Shown here one piece after another: positions 49,673-62,445 of a stretch of 63,801 bases of DNA (position 1 is its first letter; each line of letters opens with the position of its first letter). The notes beneath the pieces were generated by a model, which was given only the letters and a program-made list of their open reading frames with translations, was not told where the DNA came from and did no database searches. The DNA comes from Octopus bimaculoides (taxonomy: Eukaryota): positions 3,251,677-3,315,477 of the forward strand of contig NC_068981.1 in the NCBI RefSeq assembly GCF_001194135.2. The letters are read 5' to 3'. The translations under genes and the position numbers were made by a program.

Positions 49673-50076
49673 CTTAAAATAGAAGCAGGAAAGTATAAAT
49701 TTTACATACAGTTCATACTTTGTGTTCAACAGCTGTTTCATTAAGATAAACATCATTATATGCATAATTACAGATACATAATTAAAAAATTTAAATTAAA
49801 TTATACATTTAATGATGTTTTTCTTAATGAAACAGCTGTTGAAGACATTATGTGAAATTTATATGTGAGATTTATNNNNNNNNNNNNNNNNNNNNNNNNN
49901 NNNNNNNNNNNNNNNNNNNNNNNNNNNNNNNNNNNNNNNNNNNNNNNNNNNNNNNNNNNNNNNNNNNNNNNNNNNNNNNNNNNNNNNNNNNNNNNNNNNN
50001 NNNNNNNNNNNNNNNNNNNNNNNNNNNNNNNNNNNNNNNNNNNNNNNNNNNNNNNNNNNNNNNNNNNNNNNNNNNN

Positions 50077-50114
<38 letters not shown>

Positions 50115-51147
50115 TCTCATGGATTTACTGCAATGTAATAAACATGTTGAAGTTTAATGGTCTCTTTATCTGTAGATCTATTTTTTCATATTTATGCATC
50201 AATTCTCTATTTGGGAATATATATCATAATTAAATTCAGATACTTAGTTATCAGCCAATTGTTTTATGGAAAAAAAAAATATTAGTAGCAGATGATAAAG
50301 TGAACAGTTAAAGAGTTTTGTGGCTTTTCCATCTTGGATTCATGCTTGCAAAATGTTTAACTTAATGTTTAAAAATAATATAACGTATCTATAATGCATT
50401 ATGTCTTCAGTTTTGTTCCATAGTTAAAGAAGGATATGCATGTAAACTGAAGCACGATATTATATTAGAGAGAACATAATTCAGTAAAGTCTAAATAAGC
50501 ATGACAATTTGAATAAAAGATCAATATTTCTTCTTGAAGTATTAGTGAAAAACAACAACTTCCAAATAAAATATAAAATCTGGCTAAATAAGCAAAAATC
50601 CTCAAAAATTATGTTAGAAATATTTTAAATGAAAGATTTGAATAAAAGATTTATATATATTTTTTTCATTTGCATGAAAAAAGAAAATCTCTGATACTGA
50701 CATACACTCACATGCATGTATGTAGTCATTCACATACATACACATGAAACTACAACCATCCAAATGCTCACATAGACATACGAATGCATTCCTCCACAAA
50801 CACACAGGTGTGCATTTATCTACAAATGTGCACATGGATACATTCATTCATTCACAAACACACAAATGCATCTACTCATGAACACACACACACACACACA
50901 GAGTAATATATCCACTCATAAATAAATGCATACACAAATGCATCAACTCATAAACAGACATGGGTAAATTATACATTTCCTTTTTACAATATTTTGACTA
51001 AGTTTCTAATCCAAAATAATAATGTGAATGGATATGGTCAATTAACTTTACAATTAATGACTTTAGTAAATGCTTAGTTTTACTTCAATCACAGGAGATC
51101 AAGTAATAAACCGAATTACTCAGAAATCTTAAAATTACAATGGATGA

Positions 51148-51420
51148 ATAGGTGTCCTCATCTTGTTTGTTGTTATCACAATGTTTCAGCTGATGTACTC
51201 TCCAGCCTTCATCAGGTGTTCTGGTGGAGTTTCAAACCCAACCTTTATTTGACTAATGGGGTACTCTGTTCTCATTTCTTAGGTATTGGGTATTTTTCTG
51301 ATGTTATTTTTTGTTGATATTATTTCTCAAGTCCCTGCCTGGGAGTGAACTCAGAATTCGAGAGTCAGTAGCCTGTGCTCTTATCCACTATGCTATATGC
51401 TCGTAGGCAATTGTAGAATG
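51148..51420 (-). mobile_element. tRNA-headed hammerhead element, copy 3 (diverged)
   Basis: Minus: GCATATAGCATAGTGGATAAGAGCACAGGCTACTGAC...GAGTTCACTCCC...AACAC-CTGATGA-A-GGCTG-GAGAGTACAT-CAGCT-GAAACATTGTGATAACAAC. Confidence 0.7.
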
Positions 51421-54400
51421 AATTTTTGGGCTTATAAATTATTTTTTTAATTCTAATTTTGTCAATATTTAAGCAGATTAATTAATTATTATTTAAAACA
51501 GATTAATTTAATTTATTCTATTGAAGAATTTCTTGCAATCTTAGAGTGTATACTTTTCTGCTAGAATTGGCATTTACCTGAAGTCATTACAAACTATTTG
51601 TTTAATATTGCTTAGAAAATGTGAACTTTTACTATTACACCTGCTGCTTCATTTTGAAGCTGAAGTTTTACCTAAAGGAAAAGCGATTTCCCATGGTTTT
51701 CATGGATGGAGTCATTCAAAACACAAAAAAAGGAGAAATTCATTGTTTTATCTTATGCTTTTAGTTGTGGTTTGGAGGGATCTGAACATCAAAGCTGTTG
51801 GAAATCACTCATTCTTTGGGTAAAATTTCACCTTCAAAGTGATATGGGTGTAATTGTAAAAATTTACTCAAAATGCCTTGTTGTATTTAGTTACATCCTT
51901 TCATGTTGTTCTGAGTTCAAATCCCACTGAGGTCCACTGTGCCTTTGATTCCATTAGGTTCACTCTGTCCTTCCAGTTGAAGACGATAAAGACTGATATT
52001 TAATTGATCACTGAATGAATATTGCTGTTTAGTACTCAGGTGGTCATTAAGTAGACTTTTGGTAAAAGCTTTCAAACCATGACCATCCCATCTATTTTCA
52101 GAAAATATGGTCCTGTTTTCTTTTTGTTTGTTACTTCTAGCAGGCTAAAGGATCATATGGAGAGTTCCTACTCCCACTCTTTCATCTCTGGCTCTGTAAG
52201 CAGAAGATTCATTTGGTGGTTGCTATAGTTAGTATGTCAAATCTAGATCCCTGCCTAGCTGTGATTAGTAATTTTGTTGACAGTTGCCACACCTCTGCTT
52301 TGTAGTCATATTCCTTTGAACTATATTCTATCCTGAACGGGTTGTATGGAATCGTGTTTATACTTGTGTGGAGATTATCCAGAAATCTTATAGTATTTAT
52401 ATATTTCAATGAAATATATAAAAGGCTACAACAGTTGAAGGTGCAATTTATTTTCAAGGATCCACCTAGCATAAAGAAAATCTTACAGTTCATGGAAACC
52501 ACAAAAAAAAAAAAGAAAAGATCAACACCAAAAACATTTAACTGTTCTTTAACTCTGTTTTCTTCTTTCTAGTGTTAGTGCAGAGTGCAGCAGAAAAATC
52601 TCCCACATTTTGCATAACCATGTGGTGTGACACTAATGAAGTGAGGCAAGTAATAATAGTGTCTTCATAGAGCTAATGCTGTACAATTATTGTTTTTTGG
52701 CTACCATTATGGTTTGCAGCAGTGAACACTGTGCATTTGCAGTTGAAACAGTAGTTTTTGCTGCATTAATATTAGTTTCTTTTTCATCAGGGTTATTGTA
52801 TATCTTCCTTAACCTGTTGTGAATTACCAGCTTTACACAGATGTTTAAATTGATTAGATAAATAAGTATGAGAAACTAAAAAGTTATCCCATTCACATAT
52901 ACTGCTATATTTATCATCTCACCAATATTCTCCTCTTGCACCTTAAACTGAAAGTCCAGGAAATGAACCCATGATTTTATGATTGTGAGCTGAACACCAT
53001 AACCATTTGGCCACACACCTTTTCATACAAGCAGAGTAAATATGTGAAGTACAGATTTGAAGTACAGATATTTTCAAATAGCTGCAGCACTCAATAATTT
53101 GAGGCTTGTTTTACCTTTGTTATTAATAGCAACATAACAAAATATCATCATCACCATCATCATTTAGTATCTGTTTTCCATGCTGGCATGGGTTGGACGG
53201 TTTGACTGGAACTGCTAAGACAGAGAGCTGCACCAGGCTCCAGTCTGATTTTGGCTTGGTTTTTACAGCTGAATGTCCTTCCTGACACCACCACCAAGAA
53301 TGTAGTGGGTGCCTTTTACGTATCATCGGCACTAAAACATAAGGTACAGGTGTGGCTGCATGATTAAGAAGTTTCTTTGCCAACTGTGTACTTTCAGGTT
53401 CAGTCCCACTGTGTGGCATCTTGGGCAAGTGAGTTCTACTATAGCTCTGAGCCAACCAAAGCCTTGTGAATGGACTTGGTTAACAGAAACTGAAAGAAGC
53501 CTGACTGTGTGTCTGTGTGTATTTGAGTGTACTTTTGTTTTGACATCATGTGATGTAAACAAGCATCAGCATCTTACAAAGGATATTCTTTGTTTTCAGT
53601 CTTCTGTTGAAAATGTCTGGCCATGGGAAATATTACCTTATATGGCTGTTGAAAATTCTATCTGATCCATGCAAACATGGAAAAATGAATATTAAAATGG
53701 TGATGATAACTCTAGTTTCCAGTAGTATCCATTATATTAAAAGAAAATAAGAAATAATATTGATTTCTAGCATTAAAAGCAGGTTAGTATTAATTTTTAA
53801 CAAGGGAAATAATAAACAGATTTTAGTACTTAAATGGATTTTATTTTACCAAACCTAGAAGGATAAAAAAAAAAAGGCAAAATAGACCCTAGTGAATTTT
53901 GAACTCAGGACAAAACCTTGACTAAAAACGGGTTTTTTACTGATTTGGCTATCATTACTACTGCCCACCTTTTAGAAATATATAAAAAAAGATATTGGTT
54001 TCAGTGGTTTTTGAGCAAAGTCTCTCCATTTCCATTAGCCAGCAGCTAATTTCATTGGTTAGTGGCCAGCAAAGATATTTTTGTTTTCTTCAAAGATATT
54101 CTTTTTCTTTTGATATTTTGGCTTGCAATTAAAATGCAGTTGTTAAATTTTTCCCCAGAAGATTTCTCTCTCTCTCTCTCTCACACACACACATACATAC
54201 ATACAGAAAGGATATTTTGGCTTGCAATTAAACATGTCGTTATTCTCTTTCTTGTGTTTGTTGTTGAATTAAGTTCAATTACTCCATTTACTGCAGCATT
54301 TGAGACTTAGTGTGAAAACACTGGGGAAGAGTGATTGTATCTGATCGTTTACAATTTGTTATTATTGTCGTTCATTTTCCTGTTGCTGTTTGAAAGCCCA

Positions 54401-56015
54401 AATATAAAACCAAAACTAGACAATTTTGATTGCAAGTGAAAATACCTCCACCCTCACCCCAGTCTTCACTGGATACCAAGTGAAATCATACTAGTTATCA
54501 ATTAACTAGAGGAGACAAGAACTAAAATATCATCTTGATTTCTAACACGACAAACATTTTGGTGGGAAGGGACAATTGATTATGGTGAGGTTTGAACTCT
54601 GAGTATAAAGGGATATCAAATTAAAACATGAAAATAATAGTTTAAATATCAATAGAAGTACTTAGAACTTGACTGAACACCTGAGAAGCAATAATGGACT
54701 GTGTTGGATTCAGGAATCTGGAGATTAATTATAACAGTCAATTCTTTGATAGATTTGTTTTTTCTTTTAATAAAGACTAATTACTATACTTTGGTTGCCC
54801 AGTAACTTAAAAAATCTCAGGAAAAGTTAAACGAAATTTTAACTGAGAAAATATTAGAGCTCTCTCCCTTACTAACCCATCCAGTCTAAGTAATGTTAAT
54901 TTGCATTTAATAATACTAAATACACTTTAGTTACATCTGGCCTGTATTGTTTATTTAACATTTAGAAAAAATATATAAATAACCACATAGATCATTAAAC
55001 TTGTTGCTCTGGATTCATTGGAGGCAGTAAAATAAGGAGCAATGATAATAATGGTAATATTGAATGTACTCAATGAATGCATCATAAAAAATCTGAGTTC
55101 AAATCTTGCCTTCATCCTTGTGGGGTTGACAAAATAAAGAATTGGTCTAGTAAAATGGTCAAGAATCAATGTAATCGACTAAACCCCTTGCCTTCGAAAC
55201 TGCTGGCCTTGTTCTTAAATCACAAATCACTAAATGCCAGAAACTCCCCTACCAGTGGCTTACAAACTTGAAGAATTTTACACTTTACTCATCTAAGGTC
55301 TGGCTTGGGCTACAGTGTCATGAACATCACAACATCCATTTGAAAGACTTAATTATTGATATGCTAGATGTTGTAGTAGTGACTAAACTTTCAGTGAAGT
55401 ATGTCCTCAGCATTATTTCATTCATGTTACTAATGACCTGGGTAAAAATACAGTCTCATTTCCTTAGGTGTGACGTAACTGAGATGTGGGTGGCACCTCT
55501 GAAGAGAGCACATGCATCATTGCCAGGAAGAGAGATATATGACCTTAGTGAGGTAACAGCTGACCAAAAGGCAGAGGTGTCAAAGGTGCTTTTAGTGTCC
55601 GTAAGAAGGAATCTAATGGAGAACTGGAGAGAAAGCTAGAAAGCTTCAACTTTTAATCTATTAATGCGAAGCAAGACTGGTTTATTATCAGAGAACTACT
55701 CTACTCATGGAACACCTTGGTTCTAGAATACACAAGTATTAGGAACTATAACATTGAAATACAGGTCCTCCTGGACCACAAACAACATTTTTGAGAGCTC
55801 ACCAGAATAATGACAGCTCATGCCACATCAAAATGGATGCTTTCATTTTGGTGTGCAGGACTACTTGGGCCAAGCCTCAACAGAGGCAGCACTTATGGAA
55901 CAATAAAAAGGGAGATTATAATCACTCCCATGCAGACAGCAACAGTTCATGAGGTTTCTAAAATGCTTTGAGAGCTACCTATGACTCATAGGTCTCTTGG
56001 CTTATTGCCATTACT

Positions 56016-56204
56016 GTATCATGAAAGGCCTGGTTGGAGACCCAACCTTCCGAGCTCTTTTACACGGCTTAGAAAAACTGAAGGACCACTGTGATAAGTG
56101 TGTGAATCTGAGATGGGAAGAATATGTTGAATAGAATCATAATTAACTGATCCTCCTCTATTTTCTTTTACCCAAAACCAGCAACTTTTCAGCACTCCCT
56201 CATA
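56016..56204 (+). mobile_element. mariner transposase 3' fragment with right TIR
   Basis: LLHGLEKLKDHCDKCVNLRWEEYVE* (mariner C-terminal pattern) followed by AACTTTTCAGCACTCCCTCA-TA. Confidence 0.7.
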
Positions 56205-56758
56205 CAACATGGTAGGATATGATTAAGGAGAGAGTTGGCTGTCTGTGTTTAGCCCTGAACAGACCATGACCATATTTTTGGGAATATTCAAGAATGCTTT
56301 ATCTAATGTTTTCTATCATTTATATAAAATGTTAGTATGTAATCTGAATGATTTGACTGCTATTTCTAGCAGGTCGTGTGGCTATATTGAGGTCTCTTGC
56401 TGGCTCAAGTTGCCAACTATAATGTTACATCTACAGGGTGCAGCAAAACCCACATCAGCTACATGAAGGCACTGATTATCACCTGCCTAGCTTCACAAGT
56501 GCCATGTCAATAGCCATGTAAAATAAAGGATTTTTTGCTCATAATTTACACAACCACTGGTGTGGAACTAATGAAATTAAGCAAGTAGTAATGGTGTCTT
56601 TATGTAGCTAATGCGGGAAGTTATTTTTGCTGCATCTTGTATAGGTATCCAAATCTTACGTACACACATCACTAACTAGTTACGTAATATACAAATTTTA
56701 TCTTTAGAAATTATACATTTCTAAATCTCTCAGAGAGATTTATGCAGTAGTGATACGA

Positions 56759-57012
56759 TGAAGTAGTTGTATGCTGTCAGCTTAATGTGACAGTCCCCTG
56801 AAGGGACTGTTGGTTAGACCTAGGAAGCTGCACCGATTCCTGTCGGCCTTGATACATTTCCTGTGTCCTTATGTCTCCCCCTTGTAAACATAAGGACGCA
56901 GGAAATGTGTCAAGGCCGACAGGAAGCGGTGCAACTTCCTAGGTCTAACCAACAGTAGTAGTATTCCCTTCAGGGGACTGTCACATTAAGTTGACAGCAT
57001 ACAACTACTTCA
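56759..57012. repeat. ~254-bp near-perfect foldback (arms ~115 bp, 13-nt loop)
   Basis: Arms 56759-56874 and 56888-57012 are reverse complements with five point differences and a 9-nt insertion in the right arm. Confidence 0.95.
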
Positions 57013-58513
57013 CAAATTTTATCATTATAAAATTTTAGAAGTTTCTTTTACTATACCATGTCTCTGTCAGTCAAGGATGACCATGCATATATATTATGTG
57101 CAAAGACCTGGGCATGATTTTTTTGAGAAAGATTGGCAGGTGCCCACACATAAAAATCTTTCTTTTGTGTGCCACCAATGTTTATCCAAGGGAAAAACCA
57201 TTGTCTTAGGGCCAATACAGCTTAGCACCAGTGTTGTTGCTGTCAGAATGCAAAGTGGAACAGATGCAGCAAAGCATTTTGTCTCACTTTCTGACAGCTC
57301 CACCACCCCATCGTTTTGTATTGGTACCTTTTCATGAACTTCAAAAGGAAGAAAGACAAAGTTATCCTTGGAGGCACTTAAACTCTGAGAGGTGCAGAAA
57401 ATTCAGAACATGTACCAAGAAGCATTCTCTCCAATGTTCCAATGAAACCACTTTGCCATCTTTTTAAATCATCTCTGTTCATTACAAACAATATTTAGAA
57501 AATTTAAGCTCGTTTGCAAAATAAACTGAGAGAGTCTGTGGTAAATTTTAACTATTAAACTCACCTTACCTTAAAAGGTTAGGGTTAGAGTAAGAATAAT
57601 CATTGAAAGCATGCATGCAATATGAAGCTATTCTGGCACTCAAGTTATTCAACAGTTAATGTGTATTTCTAGATGGAGACTATTTGTCTGCCATGTCTAG
57701 CAAGTCATGGTACTACATACTGATATTTCCTTTCCCTAAGCTATCAGCTGCAAGGATGGGGTTTATCTAAAGAACAAGTGATTTCCAGTTTTGATGGTCA
57801 GATTTGTTTAAAATGTACAAAAATCCATAAGGAAAAGCATTTCAACTTTAAAGCAGGTGCCATGTAAAAAGCACCCCGTACCTCTGTAAAGTGGTTGGTG
57901 TTAGGAAGGGCATCCAGCCATAGAAATCATGCCAAAACAGACAATGGAGCCTGGTGCAGCCCTTGGTCTTACCAGCTCCTGTCAAACTGTCCAACCCATG
58001 CCAGTATGGGAAATTGACATTAAATGATAATGATGGGTATAAAAGTAAAAATTTACTGAAATTACCTTCTCTTACGCAATTTCAAAATGTCAAAGTTATA
58101 TTTTCTAAACTATGAAGTGAGCAAGATAAGAAATGTCAGTGGAAGCCAGTAAATTATATAATTAATGTCAACGTATTAAAAATCTAATTAATATAATTGA
58201 GTAGAGACAGATAATGAATACTGTTGTTTCACCCTCAGGTAAGCACTGACCAATCAAACATGACCACAAATAGTCCAGATGTGACAATGCTGCATTGATA
58301 AGGGTGAACTTGGCCATCCTGTCTTTTATTTTTCAGGCAGTACATTTAGGACGTTATTCAGTGTCCTTTTTTTATGATGACTGAATGTGATTTGATGGAA
58401 ACTTGGCAGCTATTTCTTGGAGGTTGATGATTACCACATTATGAGATCTCTAGGCAGCTGGAGTGGAGAAGTGAGATGGAGTGGGTTGAATTTACTGTAG
58501 GGTGTATGACTGA

Positions 58514-58873
58514 TTGTGGCACTCTATTGGTTATGACGACAAGGGTTCCAGTTGATCCGATCAATGGAACAGCCTGCTCATGAAATTAATGTGCAAGTGG
58601 CCGAGCACTCCACAGACACGTGTACCCTTAACGTAGTTCTCAAGAGAGATTCAGCATGACAAGGCTAGCCTCTTTGAAATACAGGTAGGTACAACAGAAA
58701 CAAGAAGAAAGAGTGAGAGAAAGCAGGGTTTGCCACCAGCCCCTGCTGGAACCTCGTGGAGTTTCAGGTGTTTTCGCTCAATAAACACTCACAACGCCCA
58801 GTCTGGGAATATGAAATTGCAATCCTACAACCGCGAATCTACTGCCCTAACCACTGGGCCATTGCACCTCCAC
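58514..58873 (-). mobile_element. Family-E SINE, older copy
   Basis: Colinear with 45158-45545, with CpG decay and small deletions. Confidence 0.85.
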
Positions 58874-58890
58874 CATATAACTGATACGTA

Positions 58891-58929
<39 letters not shown>

Positions 58930-59385
58930 GTTGTTGTCAATGACATATTTCTAGCAGAGAGTAATAATTTACTGAATAAAGATCAATAATTAGATAGATA
59001 GAGATGACTAGAGAAAGATTAGTGACTGATGTTATTTTAATGGTTTCAATAAGGGGGACAACTTCAGGCATATTTCAATTTATTATTATAATTTCCTTAT
59101 CAGCAAAACAAACTTTCAGCCTACTTGCTGAAGTAATGTAAGAATCTCAATGTAAACATGTACAATCTTGTACAACTTTGGTTGGTGCAGAAAAATAGAG
59201 TTGTTTAGAGAGAGAGAATAAATAACAGAGATAGTGCGATAAGATGTTCAGTCAACCGTGTTGTGAAGTTATGTTGTGGAGCAACAACAGATTTAGCTGT
59301 GCCAATCAACAAATGTACAAGGTTTCAGGTTTTGTGAAAGAATGGTAAATGTTTAGCAAATTACATACACACACACACACACACA

Positions 59386-59423
<38 letters not shown>

Positions 59424-61029
59424 GTTAAACTGAATATTCAAATCTTTTTTTAGTTTCTTTTTTCACTTTTGTTACTGAATTTTTAAAGCCTGAAGATAAA
59501 TTTTTATCATGACCAGAGCCCTTACACCACTTCTCAATCAGGTAGAAATAGTAGCTAACTCTTCCTCAAATCAGAGGATAGCTATATTGGACACTTGGTG
59601 TACACCACTTCACCAACACACACACACATTCAGTTAAACTGAATGCTTATAGTCACAGGACAGCTGAAAATAGCTAACTAGAAGCTAAACCAATTCACTG
59701 CATACCTCCAGAATGAAGATTTAAATAGAAAACATTTTGACACTAAAATAATTAGTCAGCATGTTAATTAACAACATATTTTGAAGAGAGTTGACAGAAT
59801 ATTCGTGATTACCGGAAATTAACAGAAGGTTGTAATGAAAGTTTTATGGAATATTCAGTGGCTGTGTGGTAAGAAGCTTATTTCCCAACCATATGGTTCC
59901 AGGTTCAATCTCACTCTATGGCACCGTCTGCAAGTGTCTTCTACTATAGCTTCAGGCTGATCAAAGCCTTGTGAGTGGATTTGGTCAATGGAAACTGAAA
60001 GAAGCCTGTTGTGTATATGTGTGTCTTTGTGTCTGTCCACCACCACCGCTTAATAACTAGTGTTGGTGTGTTTATGGCCCAGTAACTTAGTGGTTTGGCC
60101 AGATATCCACAGAATAAGTACCAGGTTAAAAAGAAAAAAGGTACTGGAGTTGATTTATTTGACTAAAAATTCCACTATAAATTTTTCAAAGTGGCACTCC
60201 AGCATGGCCACAGTCTAATGACTGAAACAAGTAAAAAAAAAAAAAGAACTTGGGAACATTAAGCCTGCCAGCATCAGCATTGTGCAACAGTCAACCTCAT
60301 CTTCAGAGGCCACCACATCAACACTATTCCTACTCTATTTCATAATATTTTGTGTTTATTCGTTTGTTCTATTGTCTTCATAACATAAGGCAGATTGGAA
60401 AAGAAAAGGCTGATCCACAACCATTATAAGTCTTTAATCTCAAGCATTAACCTTTCCTGCTATAGCGCCACCTTAAGTAAGAAAAAAGTTAAAGCTTATC
60501 ATGCAAATTTGCTCATAAAGAAGCTCTTAATTATTTTTAACATAGACACAAAGCCATAAATTCGGAAGGTGGGGATTAGCTGGTCACAAGTATTTGACTT
60601 GTACTTATGGACCTCAGAAGGGTGAAAGACAGTTGGACACAGGGAGATTTGAACTTACAATGTTTACTTGAAAAAATACTGTAGAGCAATGCTATTCAAA
60701 GTAGCTTCCAGAAGAGAAACATTATAAAATGCTTATGTAATATTGTATTATTTGTTTACAAAATTAATATAAGATAAAAAGAATTGTCAACTTTTATTAT
60801 ATTCATTATATATCTTGCTTCTGGTATAAATTAATATTACTAAGAAATATTACTGATCCCTGGTACATTGGAAAAAAAAAAAACTGCTGGTACGCCACAT
60901 CAGATAGTTTGAGAAGCACTGCTGCAGAGCGTTTGCTTTTGCCCAATGCTCTGATGATGACAGCAGATCACAAATTTGGAGTACGTATATGGCCAAACAT
61001 GCGACCTTCAGTTTGATTTCTATATCTAT

Positions 61030-61300
61030 CCTCACCTTTGGTCATGAATGTTGGTTAATGACTAACAGGGTATGATTGTGAATAGAAAAGGATTTTGACA
61101 GGGTTTGTAGTTCAGAGATTGGAGAATCTCTCCAGGTTGAGAAGCTACAGAACATCACAGGAAAGAACTGATCAAAGACTTTGCAATTCAAACCAGGTCA
61201 ACCTGTAGGAGACCTAGGGGTAGACCAAGAACAAGAAGGTTGGATGCTATCTATAGTCTCAGTTGGACAAGCTTGGAAATCCAGACAAAAAATGAAATGA
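61030..61300 (+). mobile_element. Fragment of a second RTE-type LINE family (RT C-terminus)
   Basis: LTFGHECWLMT...RVCSSEIGESLQVEK...RRPRGRPRTRRLDAIYSLSW, matching the RTE C-terminal G.RPRGRPR.RW.D pattern. Confidence 0.6.
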
Positions 61301-62093
61301 GAGTTGCTTATGATAGAACCCTATAGAAGAGCTGCCTGAGGACTCTACACCCATTACTCTTCCAGGAATAGGGGGTGGAAAAATAATAACTAATAAAATC
61401 ATCCCTAGACTGGAATTTTATTTTATCAACCTCAGAAGGATAAAAGGCAAAGGTGAACTCAGTATAATTCGAACTATGATCATAAAGAGCCAGAAAAAAA
61501 TACCTCATTTTGTCTGATGCTCTACTGATTCTGCAAATCCACAACCCTTCCTTTAAACACAAGGTCACATATTCTAAGGACAGTGTAGTTCTTTTTATCA
61601 GTTGCAATGTTTGACTGGTACTTTATGAACCACAGAAGGACGAACAGTAAAGTTGAGCCCAGCAGGATTTGAACACAGAATGTAAAGAGAAGCAACTCCA
61701 GTGATTTTTACCATCCAAGTCCTTACTATTGATTGTTGTTGTTTAACCACTGGTAGGGTAGACCTCTGATCTTATTTTTTAATCAATATATTTAGGACCA
61801 CATCATTCAATATCCTTCCACTTTTTAAAGACAGTAGGGTGTAGTTTGGTGGAAACTTGGCTGCTATTTCTACTAGGTCAACAATTATGTGAAGGCTCCC
61901 TAGCTGGGGCGTTTAGTTGCTCTCTTTCATATATGTGTGTATGTGTGTATTTTACACACACACACATATATATAGGGCTGTCTTAGTAGCATCATAGGGC
62001 CCTAGGAAAATCAAGGCACTGAGCCCTGTACAATTTATTTATTGACAGCAAGCTACAGCATACATACATACATCAGAAATGGGCCCCTAGACT

Positions 62094-62445
62094 CAGGGCC
62101 AGATTAAGACCCATCGAGGCCCTAAGCACTTAAAAAATTTTGGTGTCCCCCATAAAAGATTATGTTGTTCAAAATATAAACAATAACAAACCATAAAATA
62201 AATCCTTATTTTTCAAAACAAAACAAAACAATTAGAAGGAAAATAAAGTTTATCTTTGTCTACTTCCACTTTATTTATATTTGAAAAGTTTCCGCTGACT
62301 TTTTTGAATTGCAGAGTCTTTGATCAGTCCCTCAAAATTAATCTTAGGTAATACATCTGCATCTATGCTTAGTAGAGATAAAGGCATCCCGAATATTATT
62401 TTATCAAGTTTAAAGTGATTTCTTTTGTGCCGTAAACCATTTACC
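62094..62445 (-). mobile_element. hAT transposon 3' remnant
   Basis: Minus peptide LSLLSIDADVLPKINFEGLIKDSAIQKSQRK resembles the hAT dimerisation-domain tail (L.LLSIE....INF..II..FA..K.RK); terminus CAGGGCCAGATTAAG at 62094. A second similar end lies at ~61973-62090. Confidence 0.6.

Noticed and set aside
54100-54240. Short local duplications (GATATTTTGGCTTGCAATTAAA twice; also 31669/31764)
   Set aside because: Ordinary slippage-type duplications next to microsatellites.
55440-55950. Faint APE-endonuclease-like motifs (CDVTEMW, YRSS)
   Set aside because: Too degenerate to call without a profile search.
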